From Lactobacillaceae bacterium (lineage in GTDB: Bacteria; Pseudomonadota; Alphaproteobacteria; RF32; CAG-239), in contig JAISVX010000003.1 of assembly GCA_031271345.1 (NCBI GenBank), positions 167,374 through 231,373 of the forward strand: 64,000 nucleotides of DNA, in the 5' to 3' direction. This document shows positions 37,098 through 45,756 of the stretch, piece by piece (positions within the stretch are counted from its first letter, which is position 1; every line of letters begins with the position of its first letter). The translations under genes and the position numbers were made by a program. The notes beneath the pieces were generated by a model. That model searched no databases and had not been told where the DNA came from. It saw nothing but the letters and a program-made list of their open reading frames with translations.

Positions 37098-38060
37098 TTA
37101 AAATTTCCCACCATTTAATACGAAATCGACCCGCTCTTTAGCATTTAGGTTTTTGGGATAGTGTTTGTCAATGTTCTTAAGAACTTTTTGCAATCCGATG
37201 CCGTTGGCGATTTGTATCGCCAGTCCAGGTCTTGCGTTAAGCTCTAACATCATCGGACCTTTGTCTTTATCAAGCACAATATCCGCGCCGATATATCCAA
37301 GCCCTGTCATGTCATACGCTTTGGAGCCAATATCAAGGTGTTCTCTCCATAGGGGGACAGCTAAATCCATAAGGTTTGCGTTTGTATCTGGATGGATGGT
37401 AACGGGCTTGTCTTTTAATACGGCGTTTAAAGCTTTTCCCGTGCTTATATCCAATCCGACGCCGACCGCTCCCTGGTGGAGGTTTGCTCTTCCTCCAGAC
37501 ATTTTTGTCGCCAACCTCATCATTGTCATCGCGGGAAAGCCCTTATAAACAATAATCCTGACATCGGGAACTCCCTGATAGCTGAAATTATTGAAAATGC
37601 TGCTGAAATGAACCAGTTCTTCAATCACGACATTATCATATCTGCCGCCCAAACTGTATAATCCGCTCAAAATATTGGAAATATGCTGGTACACTTCATT
37701 ATAGGTTATTTTTCTTCCCGAAGCAGTGGTGAAAATTTCTTTATTGTGTTCCGTAACAACCAGAATGCCGCGTCCGCCGCTTCCCTGAGCCGGTTTTATA
37801 ACAAACTCTTTATAATCTCCTATAATATCCAGAATATTTTTTGCTTCGTGCTGATATTCGATTATTCCGATGAGCTTAGGAGTGTTTATTTCATGTTCTT
37901 GAGCCAGCGTTTTTGTAATAACCTTATTGTCAACCAGAGGATATAAGCTTCTTTTGTTGCATTTGGATATAAATTTATAATTGCGGGCATTCATGCCGAG
38001 AACTCCATTTTCGTGAAGTTCTTTCGGGGTCGCAAAAATTTTGGAAAGCAGCTTAAACAT
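37098..38060 (-). CDS. RimK-like ATP-grasp ligase (alpha-L-glutamate-ligase-related)
   Basis: ATP-grasp motifs (FVIKPAQGSGGRGI; MLELNARPGLAIQ). Sits in an operon with the 7TM-transglutaminase-like and retropepsin-like genes. Confidence 0.75.
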   Translation of the reverse strand: MFKLLSKIFATPKELHENGVLGMNARNYKFISKCNKRSLYPLVDNKVITKTLAQEHEINTPKLIGIIEYQHEAKNILDIIGDYKEFVIKPAQGSGGRGILVVTEHNKEIFTTASGRKITYNEVYQHISNILSGLYSLGGRYDNVVIEELVHFSSIFNNFSYQGVPDVRIIVYKGFPAMTMMRLATKMSGGRANLHQGAVGVGLDISTGKALNAVLKDKPVTIHPDTNANLMDLAVPLWREHLDIGSKAYDMTGLGYIGADIVLDKDKGPMMLELNARPGLAIQIANGIGLQKVLKNIDKHYPKNLNAKERVDFVLNGGKF

Positions 38061-38063
38061 CTG

Positions 38064-39599
38064 TTATCCCTTAACCAAAGGAGCAAATCTGGTCAGCTCC
38101 AGCAGTCTGTATCCCGTGTAAGTGCCGAGAAGCATAACAAGGAACAGGATTACGTAGTTTATTTCGCCAAAAGCGTAAGTTATGTGTCTTATATATTCAT
38201 TGCTCACAACAAGATATGTCATAACGGCGGTTATTAGGCTGAAGACAATCTCTCTGGTCGCGTTTGCCGCGCCGTCTTCTTCCCAGGTGATTGAAGCTCT
38301 CTCAATAATCCATGCCATAATGATTATCGGGAAAAACACGGCAGATAAACCTATGTTTAAGCTGAACTTTTGACCGATGATAGTCATTGCCTGCATGATT
38401 ATTATGACAAAAATAACCACGGCGGATATTCTGGGAACCAGCAGAAGGTTAAGTTTTGACAGCAGTCCGCGCAGGAGCATGCCTATAATAAGGATGATTG
38501 AAAACGAAATCATGCCGCTTACAAAGCCTGTCTGCACCAGTGACATTGCAATCAGCATAGGGGTAAATGTTCCCATTGTTTTCAAGCCGATTACGTTGCG
38601 GATTATCACAATAATTAATATTGCGAGAGGGAACACGCTTAACCATTTGATAATGTTTTGTTCGTTGAGCGGCAGGCTGAAAATTGAAGAGTCAAAATAT
38701 GCCTGCTGGTCGGCAATTCTTGCTCTGTGGGAGGCTAAGTCAAAGTTTGAGCTTAAAGACTTTAATACGGAAAACTGGATTGAAGAATCTTCTCCGCCCT
38801 CAATATCGACCAAGCCTTTATCACCTCTTTGAAAAATGACAAAATCTCCGGGAATGCCGCGCTTTCCCGTTCCGATATTGTATACTCTCCATTTGTTTCT
38901 AATATATGCTTCGACCATCAAATCCGCTTCGAGAGATTTTTTTCCTTCTTCAAGCTTTACGCCCTTAACCACGCGTGACGAAACCTTTTCTATTGCCAAA
39001 AGCTCCCTTATTGCCGCGGCGATTTCTTCCTGTGATATTTTAAACGGCAGATAAGAAGATACTAACGGGTGGGCAGGCTTTTGATTAAATATATGTATAA
39101 GCTTTTCAGGCAGATCGCCTTCCATTTCCTTTGTCAGTTCGATAATTTCTTTCGCAATTGCTATTTGCCTCTCGTCAAGCTGTGGTATTTTAGGAGCCTG
39201 AGGTTTAATGTCTTTTGTCAGACCTTTTGTATCTTCATTATCAAACAGCATAACCCGATAATAGATGTTTTGTTCGGAGTTTCTGGGGTTAGATGTTAAT
39301 ATAAGCTTTTTTTGTCCATTTTTTTCGGTCTTAACAACATACCCGGTTGCAATAATGCTGTCGTCAAGGACTTTAAAATTATCAGAGTCTTCTGGAGTCG
39401 TTATTGAAACTTTTATTTTTTCGCCGGTAGGCATAAAGGATATATGTTCTTCAATTGACCAAACGCCTGTGCTTTGCTTTGGCTTGAAGCTAAAGCCCCA
39501 GTATTTTACTTTATAGTACGTGCTTGTTGCCGCAACAATTATTGAGATGAGCAGACATACAAATAAAACAAATCTGACAGACTTTATTTTTTTTATCAT
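38064..39599 (-). CDS. Inactive-transglutaminase-like domain fused to a C-terminal 7TM module (7TM_transglut-like)
   Basis: N-terminal TM anchor, ~280-aa extracytoplasmic domain, then 7 predicted TM helices at the C-terminus. 4-nt gap to the RimK-like gene. Confidence 0.55.
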   Translation of the reverse strand: MIKKIKSVRFVLFVCLLISIIVAATSTYYKVKYWGFSFKPKQSTGVWSIEEHISFMPTGEKIKVSITTPEDSDNFKVLDDSIIATGYVVKTEKNGQKKLILTSNPRNSEQNIYYRVMLFDNEDTKGLTKDIKPQAPKIPQLDERQIAIAKEIIELTKEMEGDLPEKLIHIFNQKPAHPLVSSYLPFKISQEEIAAAIRELLAIEKVSSRVVKGVKLEEGKKSLEADLMVEAYIRNKWRVYNIGTGKRGIPGDFVIFQRGDKGLVDIEGGEDSSIQFSVLKSLSSNFDLASHRARIADQQAYFDSSIFSLPLNEQNIIKWLSVFPLAILIIVIIRNVIGLKTMGTFTPMLIAMSLVQTGFVSGMISFSIILIIGMLLRGLLSKLNLLLVPRISAVVIFVIIIMQAMTIIGQKFSLNIGLSAVFFPIIIMAWIIERASITWEEDGAANATREIVFSLITAVMTYLVVSNEYIRHITYAFGEINYVILFLVMLLGTYTGYRLLELTRFAPLVKG

Positions 39600-39614
39600 T
39601 ATGAACCTTCTTTA

Positions 39615-40169
39615 CTATTTTAGTGTGTTTTTTAAGGCTGTATCAACGACAGCGCGGCCGGTTAAAAGATTTCTTCCGACAAGGATTTGATAGTTAAACT
39701 TATCTCTTTGGGCTAAAGAAACTTTTTCTTTTATCACCATGTCTCCAATCTTTATATCCATAACAACAAAAATTCTTTCCTCGCTGTCATCAATTCTTTT
39801 AATTTTTTTAATTTCTTCAATCTTTTTCTCAAAAGTATGTTTTTCCCCGGTTTCTCTGTTTATCACGCCGAAAGAAACCCATTTTTTGCCGTCTCTTTCA
39901 AATATTTTTTGGCTGTAAACGTCAATTGAAGTAGTTTGAGCGCCGGTGTCAATTCTGGAAATAAACGGAGATTTTATCGGAGGAAGATAAATAGGTTCAA
40001 TTTCGCCGATTATTCCTAAAGGCTGCTTTACCTCATGCTTAACTTCAATTCCGGGAACAATTCTTGGCACGTCCTGCGTCGCTGTATCAGGGTGCGAACA
40101 GGAAGAAACAAAAAGCATTGATATAATCAACAATATTTTATTCAGTTTTAGTACATGATTTTTATTCAT
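39615..40169 (-). CDS. Retropepsin-like aspartic protease lipoprotein (RimK-associated 'putative ATP-dependent zinc protease' family)
   Basis: Lipobox FVSSC. Aspartic-protease active-site motif RIDTGAQTTSID (D-T-G-A). Confidence 0.6.
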   Translation of the reverse strand: MNKNHVLKLNKILLIISMLFVSSCSHPDTATQDVPRIVPGIEVKHEVKQPLGIIGEIEPIYLPPIKSPFISRIDTGAQTTSIDVYSQKIFERDGKKWVSFGVINRETGEKHTFEKKIEEIKKIKRIDDSEERIFVVMDIKIGDMVIKEKVSLAQRDKFNYQILVGRNLLTGRAVVDTALKNTLK

Positions 40170-40353
40170 TTTTACGGTCTCGACCTTTTGATTAGTTAAG
40201 GATTTTCAGAACAGTAACTATTTAGAGTTAATATTAAAGAAAAGTAAAGATAAATTTTGATTATATGCAAAAAAATAGTTTGAATGTCCATAAACTTTAT
40301 GCTATAATCTGTACAAATAAACGACAAATAGACAAATCCATAGGGCAAGAGTT

Positions 40354-41790
40354 ATGACACGAGAGCAGATAGAGAACAAAGATAAGATTGCGCGAATAAA
40401 GAGAATCAAAGAAAAAGCCAGAAAAAAGATGACTGCGTTAAAGAAAAAGAAGAAGAATATATTCGCGCGGTTGAAAGATAATGCCGCGGGCTACCTGCGA
40501 AGAGGCGGCTTATATGTCATGACGTTTTTTATCAGTGCTGGTCCGGCATCGGCGGCTCCCAGAAATTCTTTTGGTGACGATGACAAGGCAAAAGCGAACG
40601 CAATTGAAATGACAAGCGGTGCGGTAAAAGAGATTGCCATGAAAAAATCTATAAATTATGAGGAAACCGTTTCTGTTAATATTGATGAAATGAAAAGAGA
40701 GATTATAAATAACCACATTGCAGGCACAATAGAATATTCATACAATGCTTATCGCTCGGTTTTAGGGAACAGAACCCGAGTTCTTTCAAGGGAATACAGA
40801 GATACATATAATACGGAAAGAGGAAAGTATTATTATTGCTTAAGGTCCCATACTAAGGCAATTGAAAATTATAGAAATGATAACGGCTTAACTTATCTTG
40901 ATGATATTTTTCCTGATATAACAGTTGGAAGAGGGCGCGGAAAGATGAATCTGGCCGGATGCACCCAATTTATCGACCAGATGAGAACGACGAAATATCT
41001 TGATGATTTTCAGTGTAAGACGACCACTATAAACAGCGGAAGAACAGTATACTCGCATCCGATTAAGTTGGAGATAGACGACATAAAAGTCGGAGATATT
41101 ATTTTTCTTAAGTCTTCAAGGAACAGCGTGTCAGGTCTACACGCAGTTAAAGCCATCGGTCATGAGTATGACGCGGAAGGAAAGATAACGTCTGCAATAA
41201 TGCTTAGCTTAAACAGCGAAAGCTTTATCCGTTTTGGGACAGAGGGCGAGTTTTCGACCGTAATTATTCCAGATTATAAAAAAGAGAAGTTTAACAATGT
41301 GAGTTCGGCAACTGGAATTATTGCTAATATGTCGGATATTATGATGAAAAATCTCGATGAAGAAATAGCGTCTAATTATACGGAAAATATGTCTGAAGAA
41401 GAGAAACGCGATGTTGCCGTCGAAATTCTTGAAAAATATGAAGAGGGCATTGAAGAAGGCAATCATATAGCGGAGCTTTATAATATGGAAGGTCCTGAAT
41501 TGATAGCTGGACTTACTCATCAGGAATCTCCAGAAAGAATAGTCGCGGCGGGAACCAATATTTCCGATGATATATTGCGTACCGCCAGCGTAAAGCCTGA
41601 TGTCGAGCTTGTCAGAAAAAAGCTGAACGCCAATACAACCGCTTCTTCTAGTCAGGTTGAGGTATCGCAGAATGTTTATCATGTCGACGGCAGAAGAGAG
41701 GAGGAAAATTCTACTTCTGTTCAAAATGAAGAATTAAATAACCGCAGCACAAAAGATGTTAGAAGAACTAGGTATAATACGAGAACATAG
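40354..41790 (+). CDS. Hypothetical membrane-anchored protein; possible papain-fold (CHAP/NlpC-P60-like) Cys-His domain
   Basis: Basic N-terminus then hydrophobic anchor LYVMTFFISAGPASAA. Candidate catalytic Cys (NLAGCTQFIDQM) and His (GDIIFLKSS...GLHAVKAIG) lie ~60 aa apart. Tentative. Confidence 0.35.
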   Translation: MTREQIENKDKIARIKRIKEKARKKMTALKKKKKNIFARLKDNAAGYLRRGGLYVMTFFISAGPASAAPRNSFGDDDKAKANAIEMTSGAVKEIAMKKSINYEETVSVNIDEMKREIINNHIAGTIEYSYNAYRSVLGNRTRVLSREYRDTYNTERGKYYYCLRSHTKAIENYRNDNGLTYLDDIFPDITVGRGRGKMNLAGCTQFIDQMRTTKYLDDFQCKTTTINSGRTVYSHPIKLEIDDIKVGDIIFLKSSRNSVSGLHAVKAIGHEYDAEGKITSAIMLSLNSESFIRFGTEGEFSTVIIPDYKKEKFNNVSSATGIIANMSDIMMKNLDEEIASNYTENMSEEEKRDVAVEILEKYEEGIEEGNHIAELYNMEGPELIAGLTHQESPERIVAAGTNISDDILRTASVKPDVELVRKKLNANTTASSSQVEVSQNVYHVDGRREEENSTSVQNEELNNRSTKDVRRTRYNTRT

Positions 41791-41805
41791 ATTGTTTTAG
41801 TTAAG

Positions 41806-41834
41806 AAAAAACCTGCTGAACAGCAGGTTTTTTT
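41806..41834. terminator. Bidirectional rho-independent terminator between convergent genes
   Basis: AAAAAACCTGCTG-AA-CAGCAGGTTTTTT. Confidence 0.7.
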
Positions 41835-41844
41835 AGTATCTCTA

Positions 41845-42531
41845 TTATTTTTTCTCATCTGGATCACGGAGAACATATCCGCGACCCCAAACAGTCTCAA
41901 TATAATTTTTGCCGTTAGACGCTTTTTCAAGTTTTTTGCGAAGCTTGCAAATAAACACGTCAATAATTTTTAGCTCCGGCTCGTCAATGCCGCCGTATAG
42001 GTGGTTTAAGAACTGGTCTTTGTTCAGTGTAGAGCCTTTTCTTAATGATAGCAGCTCCATAATGCCGTATTCTTTGCCTGTCAGGTGGATTGCCTTATTG
42101 CTGACATTAACGCTTTGCGTATCCAGATTAACCTCAATATCGCCGGTTTTTATAACAGAATTTGAATGTCCTTTAGAACGGCGGACGATAGCATGAATTC
42201 TTGCCAGCAGTTCTGCTCTGTCAAAAGGCTTTGTCAAATAGTCGTCGGCTCCGAACCCAAGACCTTTTACTTTTTTATCAGGCTCCGATAGTCCGGATAA
42301 AATTAATACAGGCGTATTAACTTTTGCGGATCTTAAGTTTTTAAGAACTTCATATCCGTTCATGTCTGGCAGCATTAAGTCAAGGATAATGATGTCATAA
42401 TCGTATAATTTGCCTATCTCTAAGCCGTCTTCGCCCAAGTCGGTCGTATCAACTATCATACCTTCTTTTTTGAGCATAGTTTCAATGCTTTGAGATACTG
42501 CGTAGTCGTCTTCAACAAGTAGTACTCGCAT
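41845..42531 (-). CDS. ctrA: Cell-cycle master response regulator CtrA (OmpR family)
   Basis: Near-collinear with Caulobacter CtrA: MRVLLVEDD..., [60 protein letters not shown]. Confidence 0.9.
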   Translation of the reverse strand: MRVLLVEDDYAVSQSIETMLKKEGMIVDTTDLGEDGLEIGKLYDYDIIILDLMLPDMNGYEVLKNLRSAKVNTPVLILSGLSEPDKKVKGLGFGADDYLTKPFDRAELLARIHAIVRRSKGHSNSVIKTGDIEVNLDTQSVNVSNKAIHLTGKEYGIMELLSLRKGSTLNKDQFLNHLYGGIDEPELKIIDVFICKLRKKLEKASNGKNYIETVWGRGYVLRDPDEKK

Positions 42532-42696
42532 TAATTAATCCCTCCATTTTTTTTCTTCGTGGTTTGATAATAGCCGTTTAAATTTAATTTGTTAACTTTT
42601 TTGACTGCCCTGTTAATAATTATTAATTTTTTTCCAAAATTTGAAAAATGATAGCCAAAAGCAAAAAAACATGTATGATTAGAATAGTTTATTTTT

Positions 42697-43668
42697 TTGT
42701 ATGGAGGAAATATGATACATAATAATCTGCTGGAAATAAAAGACGATTTTGACGTTTTTTTGTTTGATGCGTACGGAGTTTTTAATTTTGGCAAAGATGT
42801 CTCGCCGACCGCAATAGATGTGATGAAGCAGCTGATGTCTATGGGGAAAAAAGTCTCAATAGTTTCGAACGCTACGGGTACAAGCGAGCAGGCTGAGGCA
42901 AGTTATGCGAAAAAAGGACTTGTCAAGGGCGAGCATTACATTGAGCTTCTTACATCAGGGCAGTATGCTTATGAAGACATTCAAAAAGGCAACTTGAAAG
43001 TTCCCGGGAATAAAATATATGTTGCCTGGACCGCAAATTTCAAAAAGCCTGAAGACAAAGTTCCAGTATTGTTTAAGAACTCTTCTTATGAAATTGTTGA
43101 AAATATTGCGGACGCGGATTTCGCTTATGTTGGGATTCCTCAAATCAATTATGAAGACAGGCTCGAAATTGATGATTTTTTACCAGAATTAAAAAAAATC
43201 AAAGATTTTGGTTTGGTAATGGTCTGCGCTAATCCAGACATGAAAGCACTTGAAGAGAAGGGCTTTGTGGTAAGGCAGGGTTTGGTGTCCGCGGAATATG
43301 AAAAAATGGGCGGTAAAGTAGTTTATTACGGAAAACCGGCGCCCGGCATTTTTTATAGAGCTTTAGAAACTTTCGGCGCTCCTGACAAAGACAGGGTTTT
43401 GATGATTGGAGATACGGACAGAACGGATATTAAGGGCGCCAACCTGGCGGGTATCAAGAGCTGTCTGGTTCTTGACAAAGGAGTGACGGGAGACGCGCTG
43501 GCGAAAGAAAATATAAAGTTTAATCCTAAGGATATTAACGGTTATCTTGCAAGAAAAGGGATTAAGGCAGATTATTTAATGGAAAAAATAACTGCTCTGC
43601 CATTATTTTCAAATATTGAAAATAATATATCGCAGCATATATCTTCTTTAAGAGATAATAAAAGATAG
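42697..43668 (+). CDS. HAD-superfamily hydrolase, subfamily IIA-like (paralog of 5662-6501)
   Basis: FLFDAYGVFNFG motif I and MIGDTDRTDIKGAN. Confidence 0.7.
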   Translation: MYGGNMIHNNLLEIKDDFDVFLFDAYGVFNFGKDVSPTAIDVMKQLMSMGKKVSIVSNATGTSEQAEASYAKKGLVKGEHYIELLTSGQYAYEDIQKGNLKVPGNKIYVAWTANFKKPEDKVPVLFKNSSYEIVENIADADFAYVGIPQINYEDRLEIDDFLPELKKIKDFGLVMVCANPDMKALEEKGFVVRQGLVSAEYEKMGGKVVYYGKPAPGIFYRALETFGAPDKDRVLMIGDTDRTDIKGANLAGIKSCLVLDKGVTGDALAKENIKFNPKDINGYLARKGIKADYLMEKITALPLFSNIENNISQHISSLRDNKR

Positions 43669-43678
43669 GAGAAAATAA

Positions 43679-44248
43679 ATGGCTTTTGAATTACCGGCTC
43701 TGCCATATCAAACGAATGCTCTGGAGCCATACATGTCAGAGAAAACTCTTGGGTTTCACTACGGCAAACACCATAAAGCTTATGTCGATAATTTAAATAA
43801 ATTTATTGAAAACACCGTGTTTGCTAAAATGCCTTTAGAGCAGATAATTTCTGAAACTTTTGGAAAACCAGAGTATACGCCGATTTTTAATAATGCCGCG
43901 CAGACATGGAATCACACGTTTTTTTGGAACTCGATGAAACCTGCCGGCGGCGGTTTGCCCTGCGATGAGCTTTTAAGAAAAATTGAGCGCGATTTTGGCT
44001 CTTTTGATAAGTTTCGCGAAGAGTTTAAGAATGCCGCGGCGTCTCAATTTGGCAGCGGATGGGCTTGGCTGGTGGAAAAAGACGACAAATTAAGCGTTCT
44101 GAAAACTTCAAATGCGGATACGCCGATAGCGCATGGCTTAAAGCCAATAGTTGTGATAGACGTTTGGGAGCATGCGTATTATTTAGACTATCAAAACCTA
44201 AGGGCAAATTTTATCGATGCGTACCTTGGTCACTTGGTAAAATGGTAA
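43679..44248 (+). CDS. sodB: Fe/Mn superoxide dismutase
   Basis: LPALPY..., HHGKHHKAYV, DVWEHAYYLDYQNLR. Confidence 0.9.
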   Translation: MAFELPALPYQTNALEPYMSEKTLGFHYGKHHKAYVDNLNKFIENTVFAKMPLEQIISETFGKPEYTPIFNNAAQTWNHTFFWNSMKPAGGGLPCDELLRKIERDFGSFDKFREEFKNAAASQFGSGWAWLVEKDDKLSVLKTSNADTPIAHGLKPIVVIDVWEHAYYLDYQNLRANFIDAYLGHLVKW

Positions 44249-44382
44249 TTTTATAATAAAAATTTGGTAAAAATATCAGCTCTAAAAATAAATGTGTTTT
44301 TAGAGCTAAATAATTATTGACAAATTTTGTCCAAAAAAGTAAAATCAGTATATATTAATAAAAACCCAGTGAGGCGAATCAA

Positions 44383-45081
44383 ATGACAGAAAGAATAATT
44401 CCAAGCGATCAAGAGCTTCTTGAAGAGATGAAAAGAACAACCGTTTATCCCAGTGGCTCGGAAAATATTGGTAAAGAACCGGTAACAGGTGAAAAAGTCC
44501 TTGAGCAGGATAAAGACTCAAAACTATATAAAGGCATAAGGGTTGCGGCAGGTATTACAGCATTTTTAACTTATTGTTCCATGATGGGGCCTGATGAAAG
44601 TATTGCCGACTATGTCAATCAAGACCCTACATGGTTAAACCAGATGTTTGGGACAGCGGGCGAGGTAACGCTGTTTTTGGGCAGTATAGCTGTGGCTGGA
44701 GGCAAACATACGCAAGAAATAGTGTCAGATGTAGCTAAAGCGACAAAAGAGTATTTTCAAGAAGAAGGACCAAAATTAAAAGAAGGCTTTGTTAAGTCTC
44801 TTGTTAACGCTCGAGCCGGCGGCGCTAAATTAAGCAAAAGAGCAAAGAGTTACGCCAAAAGAACAATTGAGGCCATCAAAGGGGACAAAACCGAAGAATT
44901 TTCAATTTACCGCCCAAGGGAAAACGGGGAAGAAGGCGTTGAGCTTGATACGAAAATAGTTACGACAACAAATAAAAAGAAAGATACGAAAACCGAAGCA
45001 ACCTATAAAATGGATAATGGAAATTTAAGATTATCTACGGTGCTTTTTGAAAAAATGAAGAATGGAGGCAAGAATGTCTGA
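44383..45081 (+). CDS. Hypothetical membrane protein (two hydrophobic helices), 232 aa
   Basis: No family recognised. Overlaps the next ORF by 20 nt. Confidence 0.4.
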   Translation: MTERIIPSDQELLEEMKRTTVYPSGSENIGKEPVTGEKVLEQDKDSKLYKGIRVAAGITAFLTYCSMMGPDESIADYVNQDPTWLNQMFGTAGEVTLFLGSIAVAGGKHTQEIVSDVAKATKEYFQEEGPKLKEGFVKSLVNARAGGAKLSKRAKSYAKRTIEAIKGDKTEEFSIYRPRENGEEGVELDTKIVTTTNKKKDTKTEATYKMDNGNLRLSTVLFEKMKNGGKNV

Positions 45082-45400
45082 TTTAGATTTTAGCCCTCTG
45101 AATAATTTTATGATAGCTGAAGGCTCAAAAGGGCAGCTGTATGTTTTTATGGAGGCTAAAGGCGAGAACCTTGAAGCACCGCATATCGTTTATGATGGTA
45201 AAGAACACGCGATATTGTTTATGAATGAAAGCAGCGGCGTTATTTTAGACTATATAAACCCAGAGGTCAGGAAAAAACTGGCTAATTCCAGAGAAGTTGT
45301 TGTAGTTGAAACTATTTTGGAAGATGTAAAAAAGACATATTATGCAAGTATGAAGTTTGTTAAAGAGCTTGATTTTGACTTTTCAGGCGCTCTTCAATAA
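45062..45400 (+). CDS. Hypothetical small acidic protein, 112 aa
   Basis: Translationally coupled to 44383-45081. No family recognised. Confidence 0.35.
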   Translation: MEARMSDLDFSPLNNFMIAEGSKGQLYVFMEAKGENLEAPHIVYDGKEHAILFMNESSGVILDYINPEVRKKLANSREVVVVETILEDVKKTYYASMKFVKELDFDFSGALQ

Positions 45401-45481
45401 AAAAGTTCTTGCTAAAAATAAATAAATATAATAAAAAGCTCCAAGAAAAGGGAGCTTTTTTCAAGAGCTTCCCTTTATACT

Positions 45482-45557
45482 GGTCCCATCGTCTAGAGGC
45501 CTAGGACGAGACCCTCTCAAGGTTTAAACACGAGTTCGAATCTCGTTGGGATCACCA
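45482..45557 (+). tRNA. tRNA-Glu (anticodon CUC as folded by hand)
   Basis: 76 nt. Acceptor GGTCCCA/TGGGATC. D-loop AGAGGCCTA. Anticodon stem AGACC/GGTTT with loop CTCTCAA. T-arm ACGAG-TTCGAAT-CTCGT. Encoded CCA. Confidence 0.8.
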
Positions 45558-45594
45558 ATACAAAACAGCCCCCTTTGCGGGGCTGTTTTGTATT
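45558..45594. terminator. Bidirectional terminator abutting the tRNA-Glu 3' end
   Basis: 16-bp perfect stem AATACAAAACAGCCCC / GGGGCTGTTTTGTATT with loop CTTTGC. Confidence 0.7.
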
Positions 45595-45756
45595 GGTGGT
45601 AATTCAAACAGAGGTTTGAACTCGGAAAAAGAGTTCGACTGCCAGACCATGCAAAATGTGAGCAGAGGCGAGGAGCTTTAGCGACACCCAGCCAATCTCG
45701 TTGTCGCTGCAAAGCGGTGAAGATTGCTATCCGCTGGGATTACCATCCTGAAAATA

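Noticed and set aside
42532-42696. CtrA-binding box (TTAA-N7-TTAAC) in the ctrA promoter
   Set aside because: Only a partial match (TTAA-taattat-TAAT) is present, too weak to call a regulatory site without alignment to orthologous promoters.
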